A DNA stretch of 64,000 nt from an uncultured virus (IMG/VR IMGVR_UViG_3300011114_001057) (IMGVR_UViG_3300011114_001057); one strand, 5' to 3'; positions 27,798-38,228 are shown, counted from the stretch's first letter. Notes: generated by a model not told the origin, from the sequence alone. Made by a program: numbers and translations.

Positions 27798-28398
27798 GAA
27801 TTTCGGTAAAATTTATACCGCTTGGTTTAGTTTGTTTTTCTTCAAAAAGCTTAGCGATAGATGCTTTGACTACTGTTTTATTTATCACTCTAAAAACATA
27901 GTCGGTGAGTTCGTCCATAAATTTATTTTTATCTTTAGCATTTGAATAAAGCATAGCTAAAAAATTCTGATCAGGAAGCTTAACACTAACACCTAAACTT
28001 ATTTCACGGTCTTCTGAGTCAAACATTTCAAACATACTAGCAACCTGCTGATTCGGTTGAGCCTGATTGCCATTTTGAGTAAACGATTGAGTATTATTAG
28101 GAGAAGTAGGTTGAACTATAGGTTTATTTACTGGTCGGGCAGGACCAGCAATAGATTCTACTTCAGCTCTAGTCAAAGGTTGCATGTCTTCAGTCAACAT
28201 AAAAAGAGAAGAATTTAGGTGCTCAGTATCTATTGAAGAGCCATCATCAAAGATAGCAAAAAAACGATTACCTTTAGGTTCTATTTTTTTACAGTTAACT
28301 ACTTTTCCAAGTAGTTCAGGTCGAGGTGTTTTTATCCATTGGAACTTTTGACCACCAAAGTTCTCCATTAACTGAATGAGTCTTTCTTCGTTAAACAT
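27790..28398 (-). CDS. Hypothetical protein
   Basis: Likely start MFNEERL at 28398 after an A-rich leader; the track start overlaps the upstream gene. Confidence 0.6.
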   Translation of the reverse strand: MFNEERLIQLMENFGGQKFQWIKTPRPELLGKVVNCKKIEPKGNRFFAIFDDGSSIDTEHLNSSLFMLTEDMQPLTRAEVESIAGPARPVNKPIVQPTSPNNTQSFTQNGNQAQPNQQVASMFEMFDSEDREISLGVSVKLPDQNFLAMLYSNAKDKNKFMDELTDYVFRVINKTVVKASIAKLFEEKQTKPSGINFTEIHE

Positions 28399-28417
28399 AA
28401 TATTGTTATTATTTTTT

Positions 28418-28708
28418 TTATTGCTCAAATAATTCTTCCATCGTAGAAGCATTTTTACTCTTTTCAATAGCTTTTTGAAAATCATCTTCAATAAATTTTT
28501 CTTGAGTTCCATCAGTTATTTTTGTTAAACCAAATGTAGAAAATGGGCGAGTGATACTTGGTGTTGATAATACTTCTGCTGCTCTAGCTTCGCTTTTTAA
28601 ACCTTCTATCTTCTTTCTAATGTCCTTTATGTGTTGAACAGAGGGTTTGTTTTTGCAGGCATCAAGAAGGCCTTCTAACCAATTTGTAAATCTTTCATGT
28701 GAATTCAT
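28418..28708 (-). CDS. Hypothetical protein
   Basis: ERFTNWLEGLLDA N-terminus; packed in the operon. Confidence 0.6.
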   Translation of the reverse strand: MNSHERFTNWLEGLLDACKNKPSVQHIKDIRKKIEGLKSEARAAEVLSTPSITRPFSTFGLTKITDGTQEKFIEDDFQKAIEKSKNASTMEELFEQ

Positions 28709-28716
28709 AATATATT

Positions 28717-30144
28717 TTATTTTTTTAAATTTTTAATGTTTTTTATCTCACCTTGAGTTTTTATTCGCTCGTTGTACAACTTAGTTAATATAGATCGAGC
28801 AACAGAATCAGTTTTTCCGCTGAATGCTGTGTTATTTTTAGTGTGTATATCTTTTTCATCAAGTTTTATTTCGTCTAACTTTCCAATATATGTATCTGGA
28901 GATATATTGAACTGTATCTGTATGTTAGGATACATTGATGAAAAATCGTAACATGCAATTGCACCATAATACCCTGGAACAGGGTCCTTTACGTATGCAC
29001 CCTCATATGTAGCATTAACGTCATTTGTTTCTCCCCAAGGAAGCTTCATCATTTTTAAGTTCTTGTTTAGGAACTCTCGACACATAAGGACCTCAGCTAT
29101 GTAAACTGGACTAAATACTTTGTTGATTTCTACTTGTGCAACATTTGCCATTGAAAAAGCAACGTCTAAAATAGAGAGCTTGTCCTCTATCAACTTAACT
29201 AAGATAACGTCGATTACATTGTACATAGTAAACAAATAAACATCTTTTTGAAATTCTATAAAGGAGTCATACTTATGTTTAAGTTTAGCAGTTCCTAAAA
29301 CTAGTCCTGAAATATAATCTAGTTTATAGTTTTCAATTACTTTGTAAGGTTTAAGTTTTTCAAAGACTTGCATGTAATCTAAAACACCTAGGTGAGTAGG
29401 AACCTTTACTTTTGAAAAAGTAGTTTTAGTTGGCATGTTTTGTACTGGATCAATATTGATATTTTTTGCTCTATTCATCAAATATTTCCAGTCAAATTCA
29501 GTAACATTCCAGCCTGTAACAAAAGAAAGGTGAGGCATTACTTTGTGAAAAAAGAATTCCATCAGCTCTTTTTCAGTAGTAAAAAACTTATATTTGATTT
29601 TGAAGTCTTGTTCAAATAGACTAGCATCTTCAGGTTTAAGAGGTACTGTCTTTTTAAAATATTCATTAACTTCTTTTTCCATTCTATCTATTTGACTTTG
29701 CTCTAATCCATCAGGTTGATCTTCAGCAGTTAACATAGATAGTATATAAGTTACATTGTCTTCATTACAAAAAGATATTAGCCCGACTGGCATTTTAGCT
29801 TTTTCTGGTTCTGGAAAGGAGTCATCTATCAACTTAATCTCAATATCAAGATAGGTCTTCTTAGGATAGTTATCAAAATTATAAATGAGCTCAGTTTCTT
29901 CAGGTGTAAACTTTTCTTTGATTAGCTCCTGTATTCTAAATTGATTGACCCACTGCCCTTGCGTTGAGCTCTTCTTTATGTACTTGCCATTCCAATTTCT
30001 AGTAGTAGTTGGCGAAGTTGATTCTACCCAATTAAATACTTCATGGTCAACTAACCGCTTTTTAATAAAATCGATCTTTCCTTTATCATTATAATAAGAG
30101 ATCATTAATTGGTTGTCGTGAGTTACTTCAGAACCTACTATCAT
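28717..30144 (-). CDS. gp43A: Family-B DNA polymerase, N-terminal subunit (3'-5' exonuclease plus motif A); split polymerase
   Basis: YLDIEI, GWNVTEFDWKYL, YNVIDV, YEGAYVKDP and YDFSSMYPNI; ends in the fingers without motifs B and C. Confidence 0.85.
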   Translation of the reverse strand: MIVGSEVTHDNQLMISYYNDKGKIDFIKKRLVDHEVFNWVESTSPTTTRNWNGKYIKKSSTQGQWVNQFRIQELIKEKFTPEETELIYNFDNYPKKTYLDIEIKLIDDSFPEPEKAKMPVGLISFCNEDNVTYILSMLTAEDQPDGLEQSQIDRMEKEVNEYFKKTVPLKPEDASLFEQDFKIKYKFFTTEKELMEFFFHKVMPHLSFVTGWNVTEFDWKYLMNRAKNINIDPVQNMPTKTTFSKVKVPTHLGVLDYMQVFEKLKPYKVIENYKLDYISGLVLGTAKLKHKYDSFIEFQKDVYLFTMYNVIDVILVKLIEDKLSILDVAFSMANVAQVEINKVFSPVYIAEVLMCREFLNKNLKMMKLPWGETNDVNATYEGAYVKDPVPGYYGAIACYDFSSMYPNIQIQFNISPDTYIGKLDEIKLDEKDIHTKNNTAFSGKTDSVARSILTKLYNERIKTQGEIKNIKNLKK

Positions 30145-30356
30145 ACTTTTGGTTTAAACATTTCATTAACGTGTCCACAACTAGAGCAAACAATTACTGG
30201 TATAGGAACTATCGAGTCTTGATCAGAGCCAGTCATAAATCTAGAAACTTTTTTAATCATTAATTTTTCTTCAAACGTAGTACATTTGCACTCATCACAT
30301 TCTAGATAAGGGACCTCAGCAAGGTTTACGTTTAATTTTTGTTTTTCGTTTTCCAT
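30141..30356 (-). CDS. Small zinc-ribbon protein
   Basis: CDECKC..CSSCGH. Confidence 0.65.
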   Translation of the reverse strand: MENEKQKLNVNLAEVPYLECDECKCTTFEEKLMIKKVSRFMTGSDQDSIVPIPVIVCSSCGHVNEMFKPKV

Positions 30357-30368
30357 TTTTTTAATTTT

Positions 30369-30836
30369 TTAATAGCCTCGAGCTTGACGATCTATGTTTT
30401 CTTTATTTTTTGCCATGTACATGTTATACATTTCTTGCGGTGTCATCCCAATTGAGATAGCCATATTCATGAAAAAGTGTAGAATGTCTATTATTTCAAA
30501 TTTACACTCAAGTTGATCACGTCCAGTTAGATCAGAAAATTTTAAGTTATCATACGTATGATAGTCTTTTTTCCAATACTTCCAAACTGCATTGCCGCTG
30601 CCATCTTCTATTCCGCCTAGTGCATCAGTTGCTTCATGAATCTCATCCAATAATGCATGAGTGTTTGAGTGCCAAAAATGCATAACTTCCCTAAGTGACA
30701 TTTTAGAAAAATCGTGACCGTAAACATTGGTTTGAGTGTCCCTTTGAAGATTTAAGATATCACCTAAGGTATCACTACTTTTAGTGTAAAGATCGATGAT
30801 CTCAAGACTAGCACATTGATTATCAGTATTTGCCAT
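30369..30836 (-). CDS. All-alpha dUTPase/dCTPase (T4 gp56-like)
   Basis: LDEIHEATD, WKYWKK, KFEIIDILHFF and YMAKNKENIDRQARGY. Confidence 0.82.
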   Translation of the reverse strand: MANTDNQCASLEIIDLYTKSSDTLGDILNLQRDTQTNVYGHDFSKMSLREVMHFWHSNTHALLDEIHEATDALGGIEDGSGNAVWKYWKKDYHTYDNLKFSDLTGRDQLECKFEIIDILHFFMNMAISIGMTPQEMYNMYMAKNKENIDRQARGY

Positions 30837-30853
30837 TTTATAATATTTGATAT

Positions 30854-30881
30854 ATTATACTGCTAAATAGATTAAGGATCT
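30854..30881 (-). promoter_or_regulatory. Early/middle-type promoter AGATCC-N14-AGTATAAT
   Basis: Variant -35 with a perfect extended -10, at the head of the replication operon. Confidence 0.5.
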
Positions 30882-30922
30882 AGTAAATTTATCGCTTTTT
30901 AGAATTTAGCTATGCCTAGATA

Positions 30923-30931
30923 GATAAATAA
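30923..30931 (+). promoter_or_regulatory. Late promoter box GATAAATAA
   Basis: Upstream of the tail sheath gene. Confidence 0.6.
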
Positions 30932-30951
30932 TTAAAAATATTTTAAAAGAA

Positions 30952-33951
30952 ATGGCAGAACCAAGAGTAAACTTAAACAATTATAAGTCTAGTGGTGTCT
31001 ATACCATTGAGATAGACGCTAGTGAGAACGTAGTATTGCCTCTTACTACTGGTAGATTAGTGGTTGGATCTAGTAAAGTAGGGCCTTTCAACACAGTTGT
31101 GTTAATTAATGATATTCGAACACTAAGAGCAGTATTTGGAGATATTGACCCTAAATTAGAAAAAGCAGGAAGCTTCTTCCATAGAACAATTGAGGTTGCT
31201 CTTAGAGAAGGACCTGTTTTTGCATTGAATGTAATACCTTTAGACGCTGAGCCAGATCCATTACTTAACTCTGACCAGTCTTATTATACTACTTTTAATA
31301 CTGAATCGACTACTAATAACAATAATTCTTTACCTGACCAATGGCCAGCTGTTGATTTCTTTAATAGACGAAGATTATGGTTTGCTAGCCCTGACGAATT
31401 AAACAAAGTTAAAAACCTTTCCCTAGGAGATGATTATATTAACAATCCTGGAGGATTCGGTAATACTACTGCTACTTCAAACAAACTATTATCTTTTGTT
31501 AATTTAGGAAACTCTAACTCTACTATATGGACTAGACGAGCAAGCATAACAGGTTATGATATTACTGCAAAAGAGTGGTATTCAACAATAGGTGGAGGAA
31601 ATTCTATTGAGTTTCCTAATTTTGTTCACCCTGATGATTTTATTTCAGACTATTTTGTTGAGGTGATTGTTATTAATGGAGATTGGTCAAACTACTTGAG
31701 ATTATCTAAAGATCCAATATACAGTCAGTTCTTTACTGAAGCTGGTCTTAGATCAGACAAATCAGCTGACTTCTTCGCATTAAGAGAAATAAAAGTAATT
31801 AGCAGAACAATTGGTTCTTTGATCCCAGGATTTAGAGATCAGTCTGGAAACACAGTTGCAATAGAAGATTTAATGAATAGAGTTTTTGCCAGCACAGGTA
31901 TACTTTGTGCACTTGATTCAGAAAAACTTGAGCTAATTAACTTAGAGTCTAACTCGTTTATTGATTCTGATGTTGAAACACATAGAATAGACTTAATTGG
32001 TCATGGTTTTGATGAATTGGATTCACAAAATACTCATACTGCAGATGATGGTGGATATGATGTAGTTGGTTCACCGTTAACTTTAGCGGATGCTACACCT
32101 TTACTTGATGTATTAAGTTACACTAGACCAGCTGACTATAATTTAATATTTACTATAAACAATAATCCAAGTGTAAATACTTTGAACGAAGTTGACTTCT
32201 TAGCTGGATATAGCGATTCTCCAGGAGCAACACCAGTTGCACTAGGCGACACTTATTTAGTTAGTCCTGCAAGCGGAGACGACTATCTTGCAGCTATTGA
32301 GGGTAGTAAATTATACCAAGCATACACTAAAGGATTCCTAAGAAAGGGAGATACTATGGTGGATGGAACTAATACTTATTACATAAAAACAACTGATAAT
32401 TTAATTAGTGGAGGATTTAATTATGTAAAGATAGCAACGTATCAAGATATAACATTATTGAATCAAGTTAATACTAACTATTACACCGGTCCAAATTCAG
32501 AAGATTATGTTAAGATAATACTAGATAACGGCGAAGACTTTAAGAACACATTTGACTTAACTGACACTAGCTTCTTTACTAGCTATGATTCACAACAGCC
32601 TAACAAGATAGTTTTAGGTATTAATACTTTAAATACTGTTAATAAAGCTAAAATAAATGAATTTATCAAGGTAAACAATTTTATTAAAGCTAAAGTGGTT
32701 GGATCAGTAAGACCTCGCTTATTAAAAATAATATCAGTGTCGTCAGTTGAGGAGTTAAGCCCATATACTTTAACTTATACAGTTACAACAATGGCACCTA
32801 CAGTAGACGATGTTATCGGTCTTGATGTAGACAATCTTGAATTAAAGGTATATAAAGGCATCTATAATTTTGTCACTGAATTAAAGGGTCAAAACTTAGG
32901 TTCTTTTAAAATAAGAGATGCTAGTTTACCTAATGGTACATCAGACAGACAATCAAATATATTGAGCTACTTGTTTGACTACACGTCTATTCCAGAAGCA
33001 CTTGCAAATGGTGAACTAATTGACTTTAGATATGTAGTTGACTCATACGAAGGTGAGATATCAAGTAACTCTAAATATTATTTAGCTAAAATAGCGGCTA
33101 TGCACGGACAAGCAATGGCTTTGTTAAATGCACCATCTATTAGACAGTTTGAAAAATCAGTTAATCCTAGTTTTATCAATCCTACAAATAAATTGGTTTC
33201 TTCAGAGCACATCTCAACAGGTGGTAACTTATCTTTAAATCCAGAATTTACATTTAAGTTTGCAGAAGAAGATATTAATGGAATTCCACTTTCGTCTTAT
33301 TCTAATTATACATTCCCTAACTTGATTGTTAGAAGCGGTTCACGAAACATATCTGTTCCACCGGCTGCTTATATTTCTAACTTGTACGTAAAAAAATTCA
33401 AGAACGGAACTCCGTTTTTAATTGTAGCTGGAGGAAAGCGTGGAGCTATTAACGATCCTGAATTAGTTGGAATTGAATATGACTTAACTGATTCTGACCG
33501 AGATTATTTAGAGCCTGCTGGTTTTAATTTAATTGTAAAGAGAAGAGGATTTGGAACTATTTTATTTTCAAACAATACTGCTTATCAAAGAATCAACTCT
33601 GCACTTAATAATGCTCACGTTAGAGACAACTTGTCTACTATTGAAAGAGATATTGAGAGAATTTTGTTCAACTTCTTATTTGACTTTAACGATGAAATTA
33701 CACGATTAAGAGTTAGAACAATTGTTGAAAACTATCTCGACTCAGTAATAAACGCTAGAGGTATCAGTACATATGAAGTAATATTTGATAACTCAAACAA
33801 TACAAATGAAGTTATTTCAGCGAATTCAGCAGTACTAGACATAAGAGTAGACTTCCCTAGAGGAATTCAAAAGTTCATTAATCGTATTACTATAACTAGA
33901 GTAGGAGGAACGTTAAGCTCAGATGCAACTGGATTTATCCCAAGCTTCTAA
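30952..33951 (+). CDS. gp18: Contractile tail sheath protein (gp18-like)
   Basis: SSGVYTIEID, VGSSKVGPFNT, VPPAAY, SALNNAHVR and FDFNDEITR..DNSNNT. Confidence 0.9.
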   Translation: MAEPRVNLNNYKSSGVYTIEIDASENVVLPLTTGRLVVGSSKVGPFNTVVLINDIRTLRAVFGDIDPKLEKAGSFFHRTIEVALREGPVFALNVIPLDAEPDPLLNSDQSYYTTFNTESTTNNNNSLPDQWPAVDFFNRRRLWFASPDELNKVKNLSLGDDYINNPGGFGNTTATSNKLLSFVNLGNSNSTIWTRRASITGYDITAKEWYSTIGGGNSIEFPNFVHPDDFISDYFVEVIVINGDWSNYLRLSKDPIYSQFFTEAGLRSDKSADFFALREIKVISRTIGSLIPGFRDQSGNTVAIEDLMNRVFASTGILCALDSEKLELINLESNSFIDSDVETHRIDLIGHGFDELDSQNTHTADDGGYDVVGSPLTLADATPLLDVLSYTRPADYNLIFTINNNPSVNTLNEVDFLAGYSDSPGATPVALGDTYLVSPASGDDYLAAIEGSKLYQAYTKGFLRKGDTMVDGTNTYYIKTTDNLISGGFNYVKIATYQDITLLNQVNTNYYTGPNSEDYVKIILDNGEDFKNTFDLTDTSFFTSYDSQQPNKIVLGINTLNTVNKAKINEFIKVNNFIKAKVVGSVRPRLLKIISVSSVEELSPYTLTYTVTTMAPTVDDVIGLDVDNLELKVYKGIYNFVTELKGQNLGSFKIRDASLPNGTSDRQSNILSYLFDYTSIPEALANGELIDFRYVVDSYEGEISSNSKYYLAKIAAMHGQAMALLNAPSIRQFEKSVNPSFINPTNKLVSSEHISTGGNLSLNPEFTFKFAEEDINGIPLSSYSNYTFPNLIVRSGSRNISVPPAAYISNLYVKKFKNGTPFLIVAGGKRGAINDPELVGIEYDLTDSDRDYLEPAGFNLIVKRRGFGTILFSNNTAYQRINSALNNAHVRDNLSTIERDIERILFNFLFDFNDEITRLRVRTIVENYLDSVINARGISTYEVIFDNSNNTNEVISANSAVLDIRVDFPRGIQKFINRITITRVGGTLSSDATGFIPSF

Positions 33952-33968
33952 AAATTATTTAAGAGAGT

Positions 33969-34784
33969 ATGTTATTAAAAGTAGGAAGCACAGGCGAAGA
34001 TGTCGTAAAATTACAGAAAAAGCTAGGGGTCGAACCAGTAGGTACGTTTGGTCCAAAGACTGAAGCTGCAGTTAAAGAGTGGCAACAAGCAAACGGATTG
34101 AAGGCGGATGGTCTAGTCGGAGATACTACTTGGAAAAAAATGTTTGGTGAAGCAACTGTATCAGTAACACCAGCCTCTAGTGGTTCACTCAACCTAGATA
34201 AACTTAAGGGGCATATTCCTGACGCAGTGCTAGCCCAAATACCTGAGATAGTTAAGAAGTTTAACTGTAACACAAATTTAAGACTGGCTCATTTCTTAGC
34301 TCAATGCGGACATGAATCTGGTGGATTTAAAGCAGTTTCTGAGAACCTAAACTATAGCGCAAAAGGTTTGCTTGGTACATTCCCTAAGTATTTTAATTCA
34401 ACTACTGCTTCTCAATATGAAAGAAAGCCTGAGATGATTGCATCTAAAGTATATGGTGGAAGAATGGGAAATGGAGCAGAGTCAACTAAGGAAGGTTATA
34501 AATTTAGAGGACGAGGTTATATTCAATTAACTGGTAAATCAAACTATACAAATTTTAGCAAGTTTATTGGAGAAGATACTGTAGGTAATCCTGATCTAGT
34601 TGCTAATAAGTATCCGTTAGCTTCAGCTGCATTCTTTTTTGATTCAAATAAACTATGGTCAATTTGCGATAAGGGCTCTGATGATGCAACAGTTACAGCA
34701 GTAACTAAAAGAGTAAATGGTGGAACTCTTGGATTAGCAGATAGAATCTCTCACTTTAAAGAATATTATAGTTATTTAAGATAA
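33969..34784 (+). CDS. Endolysin: peptidoglycan-binding domain plus GH19 chitinase/lysozyme
   Basis: GEDVVKLQKKL..FGPKTEAAVKEWQQANGLKADGLVG; AHFLAQCGHESGGF, FRGRGYIQLTGKSNY and VTKRVNGG. Confidence 0.92.
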   Translation: MLLKVGSTGEDVVKLQKKLGVEPVGTFGPKTEAAVKEWQQANGLKADGLVGDTTWKKMFGEATVSVTPASSGSLNLDKLKGHIPDAVLAQIPEIVKKFNCNTNLRLAHFLAQCGHESGGFKAVSENLNYSAKGLLGTFPKYFNSTTASQYERKPEMIASKVYGGRMGNGAESTKEGYKFRGRGYIQLTGKSNYTNFSKFIGEDTVGNPDLVANKYPLASAAFFFDSNKLWSICDKGSDDATVTAVTKRVNGGTLGLADRISHFKEYYSYLR

Positions 34785-34785
34785 C

Positions 34786-35064
34786 TTATTTTTCTTCTAT
34801 TAGTGTAGTCTCTAAAAATTTATCATTCTGATCTTGTAGATACTGTATTCTTTGTAATAGTATATCTTTATCTTCTTTGCTTGTCTGTTTCATATAAGCG
34901 TCTTGTTCTTCGCATTGTTTTTGCCAAAAACTAACACGCTCTTCCATCATACGATGTTGATAGTAAATAACACCTAACATAAGAATAATTACAAAAGATT
35001 GTTCTTTAAGTTTAGCTAAAAAAGTATCGGTGAATCCTGAAGACATGGTGGTTTTATCAGACAT
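34786..35064 (-). CDS. Hypothetical single-TM coiled-coil protein
   Basis: FVIILMLGVIYY hydrophobic segment followed by a charged helix. Confidence 0.55.
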   Translation of the reverse strand: MSDKTTMSSGFTDTFLAKLKEQSFVIILMLGVIYYQHRMMEERVSFWQKQCEEQDAYMKQTSKEDKDILLQRIQYLQDQNDKFLETTLIEEK

Positions 35065-35067
35065 TTT

Positions 35068-35367
35068 TTATTCAAACTCTTCAAGAGAGATATCATCAGG
35101 GCTATCTAGAATACAAATAAGCTCATTTGCCATAATCATATAGTGTTTTTCACCTTTATAGTAAAGTTCCATCCCGGCATATCTGTTGAATAGAACTAGA
35201 TCGCCTGATTTAACTAACATAGGGTTATTTGTTGATCCGTCTCCACAAGCAACGATAGTTCCAACGTTTGGCTTCTTAACTGCTTTTTCAGGAAGTAGGA
35301 TTCCGTGAGTTGTAGATGTCTCTTTATCTCTAGGTTTTACTAAAATTCTTTCGTATAGAGGTTTCAT
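35068..35367 (-). CDS. groES: Co-chaperonin GroES
   Basis: MKPLYERILVKP..TTHGILLPE..GTIVACGDG..VKSGDLVLF.RYAG. Confidence 0.92.
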   Translation of the reverse strand: MKPLYERILVKPRDKETSTTHGILLPEKAVKKPNVGTIVACGDGSTNNPMLVKSGDLVLFNRYAGMELYYKGEKHYMIMANELICILDSPDDISLEEFE

Positions 35368-36500
35368 ATGGTTGATAATTTATTTTTTAAATTTGTAAAT
35401 TCTTTATAATTAAAAGTAGTAGTTGAGTATGAAGCAAAGAACTCTTCTAGTGAGTTTCTGATTTCATCTGGGAATACTTTAGTAGAAAGACGAGTTAGTC
35501 TAATATTGAAAATTAAGTGTTCCCTGATTTCATCTAATTTATTTATGTCTGTTGCTTTGGTTATTAATTGAATTTGATTTGTAGTTTCATTAATAAACTC
35601 AGTATTAAGTGAATCTAAACTAGACATAATAGAGTCTCCAAACTTTTCTGATAGGTTTAAAATAATTTTTTGAGACCTAGACGGAGTAAGATTAGTTATT
35701 CTTGGGATATTATCTGACTTGTCACCTAAAAAAACTTTAGTTAAGACCTCGTCAATTAGGTCTACTTTATGCTCAACATAATCCTTGTTTTTAAGGTTAG
35801 CTATTACTTTTTCTATACTTGATCCACTGATATTGTCCATGCTTAAAGAAAAGAAGTTATCTTCCTCTGTTTCAGCAGACTGTGGAACTAGCTGTGCTGG
35901 GATAAAGAGCCTCTTGTGTTTTGCCATTTGTTTAGGAACAATTAAAAGAACGTTTTTATGAGGTATGCCAGTCAACTGTTTTAGGTCTTGATCTACTGAA
36001 TAAATCAGTACATCTTTATTTGTTACTTCACAGAGGTATGCAATTATATCATCTCCCTCAGTTCCTTTAAATCTATATTGATTAATTCCACAATGATCAA
36101 CGAGATGTTGCATTATAACTTGTTGAAAATAATCAAAGAATAGGTATTGAAATTCATCGTATTTTCGAGTACCTTTGTATTTAAACTCTTGGGGAGCTGA
36201 TGTAGTTTTAAAATCAGAACCCTTAAAGAAATTATCAGTGTACTCTTTTCTCCAACTTTTAGAATCAAAAACTATGTGTACTTCATCTGGAGGAGTAGAG
36301 GTAGCTGATATTAAAGAATTAAGATAGGTGAAACAGAAGTTTCTAAATGAAATTCTTACTTTATCTTTTAACTTAAACCCGTCTTCTAATAGGTCCTCAA
36401 CATAATAAACTTCGCTTATTAACTTGTCTCTTAAAGTAACTGATTTAGTCACACTTATTGCAACATTAATAAATGCATTACCGTCTATTATTAGATTCAT
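35364..36500 (-). CDS. rnh: 5'-3' exonuclease / T4 RNase H-like flap nuclease
   Basis: LIIDGN, VFDSKSWRKE, YKGTR, EGDDIIA, SVDQDLKQL and GDKSDNIP. Confidence 0.88.
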   Translation of the reverse strand: MNLIIDGNAFINVAISVTKSVTLRDKLISEVYYVEDLLEDGFKLKDKVRISFRNFCFTYLNSLISATSTPPDEVHIVFDSKSWRKEYTDNFFKGSDFKTTSAPQEFKYKGTRKYDEFQYLFFDYFQQVIMQHLVDHCGINQYRFKGTEGDDIIAYLCEVTNKDVLIYSVDQDLKQLTGIPHKNVLLIVPKQMAKHKRLFIPAQLVPQSAETEEDNFFSLSMDNISGSSIEKVIANLKNKDYVEHKVDLIDEVLTKVFLGDKSDNIPRITNLTPSRSQKIILNLSEKFGDSIMSSLDSLNTEFINETTNQIQLITKATDINKLDEIREHLIFNIRLTRLSTKVFPDEIRNSLEEFFASYSTTTFNYKEFTNLKNKLSTI

Positions 36501-36501
36501 C

Positions 36502-36789
36502 TTAGTCTTCTGATTTTTTCTCTTGGTCTGACGAACTTTTACGTAGGGTTCTAATTGCAGCAGCTAGTGTCTCTGCTTCAAGTAGACCATATGATCCTCT
36601 CTTTTGTGCAAAATTAGCAGAAGCTACTAAAACATATACGGCTTGGTCTGGAGTAAGGTTATGAATAAATTTTTCATAAGCAGCATCATCTTTGTAACCG
36701 ATTATTCCAAATAATACGTTATTTGGATCATGCTGCTCGGTCTGAGCAGCATGATCTGTTTTTTCAATTTCTATATTTGTCTCTTCCAT
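36502..36789 (-). CDS. Hypothetical protein
   Basis: Packed ORF between gp32 and rnh. Confidence 0.6.
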   Translation of the reverse strand: MEETNIEIEKTDHAAQTEQHDPNNVLFGIIGYKDDAAYEKFIHNLTPDQAVYVLVASANFAQKRGSYGLLEAETLAAAIRTLRKSSSDQEKKSED

Positions 36790-36791
36790 GA

Positions 36792-37823
36792 TTATAGATT
36801 TTTAAATAATGAGTCGTATTCGTCATCTTCTGAACCACTAGCATTATCAAAAATTGAGGTTTGCGCAGTAGGCGTAGGTTCACTAGAGAAAACTAATTTC
36901 TCTGAAGAATCAGCAGTTGGGTTAGAAGGAGCTGGTGTATTTACATGTGTATTACTAGATAATTTACTTCTTACTAAGTCATTCATCTTAGTGTCTTTAC
37001 TTCTTTCTAGAACCATGTTAAGGATCTCCCTTTGTGGAATAGCTGCAACAAGTGCTTCAGCTACTCTATTAAAGTCTTCTTCTTTCCATTCTTGGTGATA
37101 GTATTCATCTAGTGTTGGACTGTGCTTTGTTAAGAACTCAGTAACTAATTTAACTGATTTTTCGTTATTCTCAACAACTACTTGTTTATCTCCTATTTTA
37201 AAAACTAATGGAGTTATTTCGTCCATAAACTTACACTTACTCCAGTCTCTAAATTCTTTAGTCTTTTTACCAACAACACAAAAGAAGTCTTTACCTTCTA
37301 ATAGGTGATATGGATTTACTTTTTTAGATAGTGACATTCCATCGACTTCTTCAGGATTAACTGCTTGATCAATTAGCATATCAATTTGATTTCTAAATTT
37401 GAATATTTTAAGATGACCTTCAAGTTCAGGTCGCTGTGGATCTTTTTTAATGTAAACAATAGAATGGTGAGTGTACCATCTAGAAAAACGAGAATCAATG
37501 TCTTTAATTAAATCGGGTTCTTCTTTTCTTAGTGATCTTAAAACTGATTCAAGAGTCCATAGGATCGACGGTTGGCCAACATTTGATGGACAATCGATAA
37601 TCACTGACTCTTTAGTTAGTGGGTTCCAAAATTTAGCGGAGTACTTTGTGTACTTGCTCTTAGTTTTGTCTAATAAGTAAGGCACGAATCTGAAAACTGA
37701 CTTATACGAACCATTATGTGCGTTCGGGTCTGGGTCATAAACTTTTTCGTCTACTTTTCTACTGTTCGAGGATGCTTTTTGCTTAGAAAAAGTGTCTTCT
37801 GGTAAATCAAAGAAATCTGTCAT
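36792..37823 (-). CDS. gp32: Single-stranded DNA-binding protein (gp32-like)
   Basis: VFRFVP, IKKDPQRPELEG.LKIFKF, NPYHLLEGKDF, WSKCKF; acidic tail EDDEYDSLFKNL. Confidence 0.85.
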   Translation of the reverse strand: MTDFFDLPEDTFSKQKASSNSRKVDEKVYDPDPNAHNGSYKSVFRFVPYLLDKTKSKYTKYSAKFWNPLTKESVIIDCPSNVGQPSILWTLESVLRSLRKEEPDLIKDIDSRFSRWYTHHSIVYIKKDPQRPELEGHLKIFKFRNQIDMLIDQAVNPEEVDGMSLSKKVNPYHLLEGKDFFCVVGKKTKEFRDWSKCKFMDEITPLVFKIGDKQVVVENNEKSVKLVTEFLTKHSPTLDEYYHQEWKEEDFNRVAEALVAAIPQREILNMVLERSKDTKMNDLVRSKLSSNTHVNTPAPSNPTADSSEKLVFSSEPTPTAQTSIFDNASGSEDDEYDSLFKNL

Positions 37824-37850
37824 AGTAATTTTTTTATGTTTATTTTTATA

Positions 37851-37878
37851 ATTATACTTAGTTTAAGTTAATAGTTTT
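37851..37878 (-). promoter_or_regulatory. Early/middle-type promoter AAAACT-N14-AGTATAAT
   Basis: Perfect consensus upstream of gp32. Confidence 0.65.
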
Positions 37879-37889
37879 ACATAACATAC

Positions 37890-37916
37890 AAAAAATGCCT
37901 CAAAAGAGGCATTTTT
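37890..37916. terminator. Bidirectional-type rho-independent terminator
   Basis: aaaaatgcctc-aaaa-gaggcattttt perfect 11-bp stem. Confidence 0.85.
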
Positions 37917-37936
37917 ACTAAAATAAAAAAATTAGA

Positions 37937-38209
37937 TTAAGCAGGTGTCTTGGTTGAGTCTACTAATTGTTGACGTAAACCTTTAGCTCCTTCTTGGATC
38001 TTAGTCATTTCAGACTTAATTGCTGGATGCTTGATCGCTTTGCGAACATCTTGCATTTTTTTCTTAAGTCGATTACCTGCGCTTCTAACACCTTTTACGT
38101 AAAACTTTTGAGCATCTTCCTCAGCGGATTCGATGATCTCAAGAATTGGCGAAAAGATTGTTGTTTGTGCGTTGATAATATCAGCTTTTAATTTTTCAAA
38201 ATCATTCAT
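37937..38209 (-). CDS. Hc1/histone H1-like small basic protein (Bacteroidota type)
   Basis: EEDAQKFYVKGVRSAGNRLKKKMQDV..AKGLRQ resembles the D..KF..KGN.AAG.R.RK.MQ pattern. Confidence 0.65.
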   Translation of the reverse strand: MNDFEKLKADIINAQTTIFSPILEIIESAEEDAQKFYVKGVRSAGNRLKKKMQDVRKAIKHPAIKSEMTKIQEGAKGLRQQLVDSTKTPA

Positions 38210-38228
38210 AATACTTTATTTTTAATAT

